Below, in pieces: positions 40,792-49,550 of a stretch of DNA of 49,550 bases. The position numbers and the translations under genes are program-made. Source of the DNA: Octopus sinensis (taxonomy: Eukaryota); contig NW_021834375.1 of NCBI RefSeq assembly GCF_006345805.1, forward strand, positions 1 through 49,550. Direction: 5' to 3'. The first letter of the stretch is position 1. The number at the start of each line of letters is the position of its first letter. The notes under the pieces were generated by a model that was not told the origin of the DNA, made no database searches, and worked only from the letters and a program-made list of their open reading frames with translations.

Positions 40792-40928
40792 GTGCAGGTA
40801 ACATCAAACCAAATGTCACAGTCTTCCCTTTATACCAGTGCCAAGAGACAATCTCTCAACTAGAACGTTTAATTAAAGAAAGTTTTTTCATTGAAAATTA
40901 CAAAACACGTCTTAATATGCACGCATAA
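40792..40928 (+). pseudogene. Probable C-terminus of a Penelope-like GIY-YIG endonuclease
   Basis: CAGNIKPNVTVFPLYQCQETISQLERLIKESFFIENYKTRLN* resembles my recollection of PLE GIY-YIG ends (C....P...FP.Y......R...E..FI......LN); short, so unverified. Confidence 0.6.
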
Positions 40929-41376
40929 CCAACTTTTATCTTTTTACATATTTCAATTCACGATTACATCACTGTACATAAATCCCCTCACTAAACAAGG
41001 TTTTTGAAACTTGTCTATGTCTGTACACATATATATTCCCCTCCCATTACCGGAAGATGAACAGTTATCTCCCTTACCCACAACAATAAGAATAATAACG
41101 ACAACCAGTTACCTCCCTTTATTTATCTACTTGGAAATTCATTCACTCCTGAATTTCTTCACACACGACATGGACAAGATTTCTTTCTTAAGAAAAAAAA
41201 AATATATTCAAATTAGTAAAACACAATATCATGAATAGCGATAGCGAAACCGGTCGATATATTAAAAATTATATTAAAACTATGTAAGTGTGCGTATTTT
41301 CCTTTTTTAATTTCTGATATACGTTACAACTCACCACGTGGGCATAACCGGAATTCCTCTTTTCTATTACTACTAC

Positions 41377-41408
<32 letters not shown>

Positions 41409-41412
41409 TATG

Positions 41413-41456
<44 letters not shown>

Positions 41457-41965
41457 CATATACATATGTATTTATATATATATATATATATATATCTCAT
41501 TCCTTATCTCTATATATATGTGTGGCTGTGTAGTTGTGTGGGTTTGTGAACACAAGGGTGTAAATACTTATAGGGTATTAAGTTCAGGAAGATCATAGTA
41601 TGAGATGTTAGTAAGCTTCAAGCAATTTCACAACTTGAATAGATGACAAAAGTGAACAATATACGATAAAGAGAGTTTAATAACTACCATACGTTATACA
41701 CTTCTTCCACATTCAAATCAATAAAAAAATTCGATAAGCTGATTGACAATACTGTTCTGGGAGAAACCTGTACTCCCCCACTTGAATGAAAGTAGACTAC
41801 GGATTTCAATAAATACAGAACTGTGTGAACTGAGGGGCAGTTGACAGACGTGTGTTGGTTAGTGTTTTAGTACGACTTGTGTTGGTTTAATATAGTCCTA
41901 CTTTCGATTTGTGTGGATATTATAAGTCTGCGATATATTTTACATAACTACATCCAAATATTTCT

Positions 41966-42223
41966 TTGGGGTATACTATGACGTGTACACGCACGTCATA
42001 ACAAAAATATAACCCAAAATTTTACTCATCTCCACGCGATGATATTTATATACTTGCTGAAGATTCTGTGCAGTAGGGCTGAACTGAAGGCAACGTTGCT
42101 ATGAAACGAGATTCTTAGCCACACCGCCATGCTTGCGATATTTATATCGTCGCGTGGAGATGAGTAAAATTTTGGGTTATATTTTTGTTATGACGTGCGT
42201 GTACACGTCATAATATACTCCAA
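41966..42223. repeat. Near-perfect palindrome (about 80-bp arms) with an 85-bp SINE head inserted at its centre
   Basis: Arms 41966-42045 and 42144-42223 are reverse complements with about 3-4 mismatches. The insert 42052-42136 is flanked by the direct repeat gatatttatat (42041-42051 and 42137-42147). Confidence 0.92.
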
Positions 42224-42311
42224 GCTACTCAGAGCTGAGGATTCGCCGACTGAGTTTTGTGTGTGTTGCGAGTTGTGAAATAAATATACTTTTAGTTTCG
42301 AAGCATATGTA

Positions 42312-42347
<36 letters not shown>

Positions 42348-42349
42348 GT

Positions 42350-42590
42350 AAATATTAGGGAATAAATCCAAATTTACAGGGAAAATCAGATTTAGGATTG
42401 AATCCAATTTTATAGTAAAATATTATATAATATTAATTAGAGACAAAACCACTATTTTGCAAATCAAACAAAGAAAGACTTAATCCAATACATAAAAAAA
42501 TGTTAATATAAATTAAATAAAATTATATTCGCCACTACAATTGTTTCATGTCTCTTCTCAGGACATTCATCAGGTGGATTTCAGATCTAA
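42350..42590 (-). mobile_element. Hammerhead-bearing small repeat, family H1, copy 2
   Basis: Reverse-complement homology to 33045-33267; a perfect 26-bp inverted piece of it recurs at 42724-42749. Confidence 0.8.
42532..42577 (-). ncRNA. Minimal type I hammerhead ribozyme motif
   Basis: Minus strand: ccac CTGATGA atgtc ctgagaaga gacat GAAA C aatt G TA gtgg. Canonical CUGAUGA, 5-bp stem II, palindromic CAATTG stem III, GUA site. Confidence 0.85.
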
Positions 42591-42990
42591 AAATAATCAA
42601 TATTTTTAAGATATAAATTTAAAATGACTAAAACAATAAATAATATAAATTTATCAATGAAAATATAAAGATATATATATATAATCTATATATAATCTAT
42701 TTATAATCTATATATAAAATCAAGTTTTGTCTCTAATTAATATTATATATATATATATATGTGTGTATGTATATATATATATATATAATATAAATCTCTG
42801 AACGAGGTGTAAACAGTAGCTGCACACGACAATGTGAAGTATATTTGTCACTTAAATGTAGCTAACCACTAAGGTTACTGTAGCTTGTAACCCCAGAAGA
42901 ACATCTCCAGCTGGCTATTGACGCACTTTCTGTGCCCTATCAGTATTTGCAAAGGGAAGCCATCCTTCCCATCGTTGACCTAATGTGATA

Positions 42991-43035
42991 CGCTTGGACC
43001 CGGGTTTCTTACTATATACCCGTCGTCAGCGCACG
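42991..43035 (-). ncRNA. Decayed hammerhead motif (H2 left copy)
   Basis: Minus strand: cgtgcg CTGACGA cgggtatatagtaa GAAAC CCGG GTC caagcg. Core and CCCGGG palindrome are intact, but stems I and II are mismatched. Confidence 0.55.
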
Positions 43036-43226
43036 ACAATCACCGGTCTTCCATGCCAAGGGGTCCCAATGCAAATACATATATCCTTTTTCCAGTGACG
43101 ATTATACCTCGTTCAGAGATTTATTATTGCTTGTTTACACTTTTTCGAGATCAGTGATTTTCGTCACTGGAAAAAGGATATATGTGTTTGCTTTGGGAGC
43201 CCTTCGCATCGGAGACCGGTGATTGT

Positions 43227-43271
43227 CGTGCGCTGACGATGGGCAAATACTCAGAAATCCGGGTCCGTGCG
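43227..43271 (+). ncRNA. Minimal type I hammerhead ribozyme motif
   Basis: cgtgcg CTGACGA tggg caaata ctca GAAA T ccgg G TC cgtgcg: stem I 6 bp (2 GU), stem II 4 bp (1 GU), near-palindromic TCCGGG, GUC site. Confidence 0.75.
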
Positions 43272-43397
43272 TATCCCGTCAGGCCGACGATGGGAAGGAT
43301 GCCTTCCCTTTGCAAATACTGACATGGCACAAAAACTGTGTGAATATCCAGCTGAAGATGTTCTCCTGGGGATACATGCTACAGTATATATATATAT

Positions 43398-43560
43398 ATG
43401 ACGGGCGCACTAACAGATTGCGCCTAGCAAATCCCCTCGAAAGCTTTCGATAGGCCCCGTGCTACAGCGGACAAAACTTGCTGAAGGTTCTGTGCAGTAG
43501 GACTGAACCGAAGGCAGCGTTGCTAGAAAACGAGATTCCTAGCCACACCGCCATGCTTGT
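43398..43560 (-). mobile_element. Diverged SINE family B subfamily copy
   Basis: gacgggcgc...ctagcaaatcccctcg...acttgctgaaggttctgtgcagtaggactgaacc...tagccacaccgccatgc; its head is about 90% identical to 42052-42136 (8 differences in 85 by eye). Confidence 0.8.
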
Positions 43561-44056
43561 GACACAATCTTTTAGATATATCACACAAATGTTCCTAGAA
43601 TCAAATCTACTGCTTTGTATAAGCAATTATAAATGTTTCAGTTTGTTATGACACTAATAAAACGGAATAAGCTGGGTTTATAATCTCTGAACATAGATTT
43701 CCAGATTAGAGCTAACCGGGGGCTACACAACAACAACAACAACAACAACAACAACGGCAACATCAATTACCACTAGCTCTGTATGTTTGGCAATTATCAA
43801 AGAAGGCGGGCAAGAGAAACGAACGCTAACCCTCGCCGCCGTAGTATTCCGATAATTACACGCGTGCAACATGCAGAATATTGCATGCAGAAAAGTTATA
43901 GATGGAGACACACTTGGATAGTCTTCTTATTTATTATTTATGGTTATTTTGTTTTTCAATTTTTGAGGTATTTTTCTCTATCTTCTTCCTATGCTCATAT
44001 CCACACATACGTATAGATATATGTGTGTATATATAAGTATATATGTATATATAATA

Positions 44057-44103
<47 letters not shown>

Positions 44104-44871
44104 TATATATATATATATATATTATATATATATATATAATATATATATAGAGAGAGAGAGTGAGAGAGAGATACATACATATATATATATATTTATTTAT
44201 GCATAGATATGTGTATGCGTATGTATGTGTTTATGTATGCATGCGTCTATATATGAGTATGTATGTATGCATGCATGTTTGCATGTGTGTATGTACGAAT
44301 GTATGCATGGATGTGTGTACATGTATCTATCCATCTATCTGCTCTTCTATCGACGGTTTGTAACTTTGAAATCTGCGTTGTGTGTGTAGATCTAATGAGT
44401 TTCCGATTGCCGTCGATGGGGGATTTTTATTTCTTAAAAGCAATCTGCATCAGGTACTCACGTAATGCTAAGTTAAATATTTATTTCCCATTAACGTTGC
44501 TTCCATTATTTAGGTGCATTTTATAGATTACTATACTTACAAGTTGCATCGCAACACTTGAAGAACGGATCAATAATATAAGGTGAAGTAGACAGCAAGC
44601 CTCTCTCACTAATTTCCACACACTGCCTACACGAAGCATCAAAATCCGCATCCATTTCGATGAAGAGAAAAAGACAACCTATGTTTATATTTTACTACGT
44701 ATTTAAACTGTGTAATAATAATGCAATGAAACGTTTGCGATTTTGTTCAAGAATTGCAAGGTGAGTGAAAAGGAATGTTACTCGTATCCGCCGCTCGTCA
44801 GTAGCAACTGCACCACATACCATCTTGCTCTGCTTGTTTTAACACCCAAGACTTTATCAAATCTCATAGAG

Positions 44872-45261
44872 CAATGGACCCCAGCTGGGGTCCATATGGA
44901 CCTTTGGGGTCCACATATGATTTTTGTGGGTTTCTACGCAAGCAAAATAGTAAATCAAGGATGCACAGTATTATTTTAAGAGTCCGTGAAAAATTGTCTC
45001 AGGTGCATTTATCGCAAAAATCCAGCTAGGTTTCTTTGTCTAATGTTTTACGAATGTTGACATGTTTCCGGAAAGTGAAACATGTTCTGTCAGAGAGTTC
45101 TATTGGAAGCCTATACAAGTGGAAGTGTGAAGAAGAAAATAAAAATTTTGGAAGAAGTTATGTATAAAACTAGTTTTTAAACACTGAATGTCTATGGAGG
45201 ATCACCAGAATAAAATATTAATGAAAGGGATCCAGGGATAAAAAATGGTTGAGAACCACTG
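44872..45261. mobile_element. Probable hAT (Charlie/Buster-like) MITE
   Basis: Right end ggttgagaaccactg (reverse complement CAGTGGTTCTCAACC); decayed left end caatggaccccagc; internal ggggtcca repeats; possible decayed 8-bp TSD tcatagag/ccattggg. Confidence 0.55.
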
Positions 45262-46090
45262 CCATTGGGTCTTTAGAAAGTGTAAAGAATATATTGCACG
45301 ATGAATGTAATATGAAAATGGTCTTTGATTACGGCCGGCCTGATCTGCGCTGATTTGAAGGTAAATAAAACGAAAATTCTACTCAAAATTTATTGCATTT
45401 CGGGATGGTCATTGCTTCTTTTTGTCTTACCAAATAAACACACACACTGTATATTCGCTCTTCATTCTTCTGTTACTGTTCTTAATTTAATTCATTCCCA
45501 AAATGGAAAATCGTATACGCTGTCAATGCACTACTAGAAATCAGATTAAAGTCCAACATGCCGGCGTTAATAGCAACGATATATCGGATTGCGTAACCCT
45601 ATACACGAATTTATCTCAAACAGTTGGGAGGGTCATGGCTAAAACGCCTTTGACCATCCACTGTAACAATCTTAACCAGAATGCAAACAGCAATATCAAC
45701 AACGACGCAACGTCTGAGCGTCTAAAATCGATTGTTACTCGATGTACATGAAATGGTAGCTAAATATCCCTCAAACTATAGAAATAGTTTCAAGTAAGAA
45801 ATACACATTAGAATTAACACTTGGTGTATGAAAAGAATGTTTCTGTGATGTCATTAGTCACAGGTATACTCGACCGGGTCTGGCCTCGTGCTAAACAACA
45901 ATTAATTCAATAACAACAGTTAGGAGTTATACTATCATCACGATTTCTTTTAAATCTTTACTATTATCCTCTTCACGGCATCATCATCATGCTCACCATC
46001 AACATCATCATTGTCATCCTCATCATCATCATCATCATCATCACCACCACTATCAACTCTGTCACAGTCGTCAATATCATCGTTTCATTA

Positions 46091-46123
<33 letters not shown>

Positions 46124-46125
<2 letters not shown>

Positions 46126-46272
46126 GGAGTAAACACATAAATGTGAAACTAGATGGAAAAAAGAGTACTCAAATACCAGTGGTAGAGTAATATGCTTTAC
46201 TTAAAGCAGCAGAAAATTCAACAAAACATGTTTCAACAGGTTTTGTTGAATGTTCTGCTGCTTTAAATAAAG

Positions 46273-46276
<4 letters not shown>
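46124..46276. repeat. Short element between (TA)n tracts ending in a palindrome with 42-bp arms (46191-46276)
   Basis: tatgctttacttaaagcagcagaaaattcaacaaaacatgtt tc aacaggttttgttgaatgttctgctgctttaaataaagtata. Confidence 0.85.
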
Positions 46277-46330
<54 letters not shown>

Positions 46331-46380
46331 TATCTAGATATATATATATATATATATATATATCTATATATATATATATA

Positions 46381-46510
46381 TGACCGTTAACTCCATCAGT
46401 TTTTTTGTTAATTCTCTCTCGTGTCCTTTCTATTGAAGAGCGTAAGCTCGTAACGTAAAAGACTTTCTCACTTACCCGAGCGTCACACTAATACACCTGC
46501 TTGTTGTTTA
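46381..46510 (+). mobile_element. Small repeat family H3, copy 1, with hammerhead-like fold (46426-46461)
   Basis: Homologous to the reverse complement of 48221-48362; cttt CTATTGA A GAGC gtaa GCTC GTAAC GTA aaag. Confidence 0.7.
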
Positions 46511-46816
46511 TACACCTGTTTTGTTTATACACCTGTTTTAGCCTTCTAAATGAAACTGCAACGATCTTGCTTTTTACCCAGACAGAACTATATTATCCCC
46601 AAATTTCTAAAATCTCTGGATGTAATTTTATATATACTTAGCTGCCTCTTCTTCGAGGTAAATCGTTTAGAAAGTTATGCACGTCTTAAATTTCCAACAT
46701 CGTATTTTTTGTTTTTAATTTTTGTCTTTGCTTTGAAAATATGACTTTAAAATAGAACAAGTATTTTGCTTCCTTCATTTTGTATTGTTTGTCTATTAAT
46801 TAATTTATTCATTATG

Positions 46817-47166
46817 GTTGGCACTCCGTCGGTTACGACGACAAGGATTCCGGGTGTTCCGATCAACGCAACAGCCTGCTCGTGAAATTAACGTGCAAGT
46901 GGCTGAGCACTCATGAAGATTCAGTGTGACACAGAGTGTGACAAGGCTGGTCCTTTGAAATACAAGTACAACAGAAACAGGATGATAGAGTGAGAGAAAC
47001 TTGTGCTGAAAGAGTACAGCAGGGTTCGCTACCATCCCTGACGGAGTCTCGTAGAGTTTTAGCTGTTTTCGCTCAGTAAACATTCACAACGCCCGGTCCA
47101 GAATCGAAACCGCGATCCTACGACAGCGAGTCCGCTGCCCTAACCACTGGGTAATTGTGCCTCCAC
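46817..47166 (-). mobile_element. tRNA-derived SINE with its own head and body and the family C 3' tail
   Basis: Minus-strand head gtggaggcacaattacccagtggttagggcagcggactcg...ggtttcgattc; tail agtgctcagccacttgcacgttaatttcacgagcaggctgttg...cgtcgtaaccgacggagtgccaac is shared with 6940-7226. Confidence 0.88.
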
Positions 47167-47554
47167 AATTCATTTATTATACCTCTATCTATAATAACTA
47201 ATTATGTATTTTCATTTAACAAATATCTTATATTACGCATTACTCCGTATCCGTCGTTTTGGGGCCTTCTCTCTTTCGAAATGTATTTTCTCACCCACCA
47301 CATACATTCCCCACCGCTAACACCACCACCACCACCACCACCGCAACCACTACATGCCTTCAACACTTAACATCACCTTTAATTAAGCTGTGAAGCAATT
47401 TCGATTTTCCAATGCCTGTTCTGTTCTGTTCTGTTCAGCGGAAACGGAGACTAGGATATCGATACTCTAACGATCTCTATTACTCTTCCCTCTCCTCTTC
47501 CTGTTACGAACAAACATCTACAAACACACGTGTAGCCTTCCTCTTTTCACCTCC

Positions 47555-47589
<35 letters not shown>

Positions 47590-48220
47590 CCTCCATTTCT
47601 CTCCCTTACCCTTTCACTTCGCATGTCGTTTCCTGCAACTACTTCCTAACTGAACAACGATGACAATGTATATACATCTCCCTCCACTTCCCATTCTACG
47701 TGTTACTCTGTTACTACACTTTTGTCAGCACCAACAACATTTTCCAATTCACCTCCGTCGCCGTCAAAATACGTCACCCACGTCATAAATACTGACTTGA
47801 ATATGACACTTATGAACAGCACCTCCTCAACGGATTCCTCCAACCGCAGCTTGTTCTTCCGCAAAGATCCAGTTTGAATGAGAAATAATGAGAGAGGGGA
47901 TTACAGGTGGGTTCCACCCACTGGAAGAAGCGACAAATTCTCCCTTCCTTCCATAGATTATACATTCTCTCTTCAATTTGACAACATTACATTAGATAAA
48001 ACGGTCCGATTCGCAAAAACTCACGCATATACACTCGCAGGCTCAGGCGCAAGCTCAAAGCGCACATTCAAAAGTCGTGTGCGTAGGTTAGTGTGCATGA
48101 TTATATATTGAAATTATGTACCTATGTAAGTATATATATATATACATAATATGTGTGTGTGCGTGTGTGTGTGCATGTTGCTGAAATTTACAGAAAAAGA
48201 AAAGATGATGAGAGGTGAAT

Positions 48221-48362
48221 AAACAAGGAGGTAGGTGTATTAGTTTGACGCTCGGGAAGGTGAAAATGTCTTTTACGTTTCGAGCCTACGCTCTTCAATA
48301 GAAAGGGGCACGATGAAATAAACGGAGAGAGAATAAATAACTTGTGAATTTAGCGGTCAATG
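48221..48362 (-). mobile_element. Small repeat family H3, copy 2, with hammerhead-like fold (48270-48305)
   Basis: Minus strand: cttt CTATTGA A GAGC gtag GCTC GAAAC GTA aaag. Confidence 0.7.
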
Positions 48363-48374
48363 ATGGCGACTGCA

Positions 48375-48433
<59 letters not shown>

Positions 48434-49419
48434 TTCTAATATCACCGTGACATACATTTCTCCTCTTCTTTCCCTCCCTCTAACACTTACTATGACGGAC
48501 AGACAGAGATCCACTCCTCTTTTATATATATGATTTTAGCCCTTTATGTATAACTTGCATCATTATCATTCCTATGTCGTTCTGGTTGTTAACCTTTCTC
48601 AACCACCCTCCTCTCATCATCAGATGGAAATGATGGTATTAATGGCCTATTGTTTGCTCATTTTGCGGATCATACAATACTTAAGCGTTGGTAGCCTTTA
48701 TTTTATGTATGGTGACTTTTGAAATGATCCAAAGGAAAGCCAGAGCAATACATTCTGTGACAGTATGGTTGCATTCTCAGGAATGTGTAACCCGAATGAT
48801 CTAATTCTTAAGGAAGTGACATCGAATGTCATTTTATGTATATCTGATTTTTCGTTATAGCTGTCTTCTTCAGTGACATATTTTAGTAAAAGTTGCGGAT
48901 CCTTCATACCGATACTTCTTTTAGCACGACGGACACCAACTGTGAATTTCTGAAGGCTCATGCTATTGGTAAATTGGAGTTGACTCTGCACTGCATAAAT
49001 ATATACATACATTTTTTATCTATGCATATACAGATATATATTTATTATTGTACGAACTGTCGCTGATTAAGTTTTGTAACTATGACTTTCCGAATTGAAA
49101 ACTAAGAAAATATATATTTATTCTCCCATACTAAATACTAGCCCTTCTAACTTGCGAATCTAGCAAATATTCATTATTGCTGTATTTGTGATTGTTTGAA
49201 TGTGTATGTGTATGTGCATGAGTGCGTGTGCGTGTGTTTGTGTGTGTGTGCGTGTGCGTGTGTGTGTGTTCGTGTGGAGAGCGAGTGAGATGTTTCACGA
49301 TTCAAACACGAAAATGTGATAGCAGAGAATAGTATAACAACGCCTGTAAGACGTACATATATATACATACATAAACAAATATATAAGTGCAAATATATAT
49401 ATATATATATATATATATA

Positions 49420-49535
49420 GGCCTGCTCGCCTAGTCAGCGGGGTGGCGTTATTCGAAGGCTAAAACAATGCGAACGCATTGTGACCAGCGAGGTGTAGCA
49501 AATCTAATGGTCTGGTCGGTCACGTGATCACGTGA
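49420..49535. repeat. Short GC-richer element embedded in (TA)n, ending in a 16-bp palindrome
   Basis: ggcctgctcgcc...ggtcggtcacgtgatcacgtga between TA tracts; one copy in this window. I recall it as a dispersed octopus repeat (unverified). Confidence 0.45.
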
Positions 49536-49550
49536 TATATGTATATATAT

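Larger units (their letters stand above)
42791..43386. mobile_element. Head-to-head pair of hammerhead-bearing repeats, family H2
   Basis: Arms 42876-43101 and 43161-43386 are diverged reverse complements. The 22-mer ttacacctcgttcagagattta occurs at 42791-42812 (minus) and 43102-43123 (plus). Flanked by (TA)n. Confidence 0.8.

Noticed and set aside
40708-40819. N-terminal MTFGLMLPAQ-polyN extension of the 329-aa ORF
   Set aside because: Chance in-frame read-through of the flanking (AAT)n into the truncated retrotransposon; non-ATG start.

Overview
AT-rich, microsatellite-saturated eukaryotic non-coding DNA (intergenic or a very large intron). The SINE families and repeat landscape match what I recognise from Octopus/coleoid cephalopod genomes; this is inferred from memory, not from a search. 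I can support no host protein-coding gene. Nearly all ORFs in the track are translations of microsatellites or SINEs. Protein-coding signal is limited to transposon remnants: an uninterrupted 5'-truncated R4/Dong-type non-LTR retrotransposon (CCHC plus PD-(D/E)xK endonuclease) inside a (TAA)n tract, a decayed mariner transposase, an RTE-type LINE tail and a probable Penelope-type GIY-YIG C-terminus. There are about 25 tRNA-derived SINE copies from at least three families, two mariner MITEs and a hAT-type MITE. The most interesting signal lies between 33 and 48.4 kb: three unrelated small repeat families, each in two copies, fold as minimal type I hammerhead ribozymes with a palindromic stem III. 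One pair shows a compensatory base change, one sits in an approximately 350-nt terminally redundant monomer, and one has a shared non-canonical core. Several long palindromes lie nearby. This resembles Penelope-like elements or non-LTR retrozymes. A few isolated splice-flanked segments are reported only as weak exon candidates.
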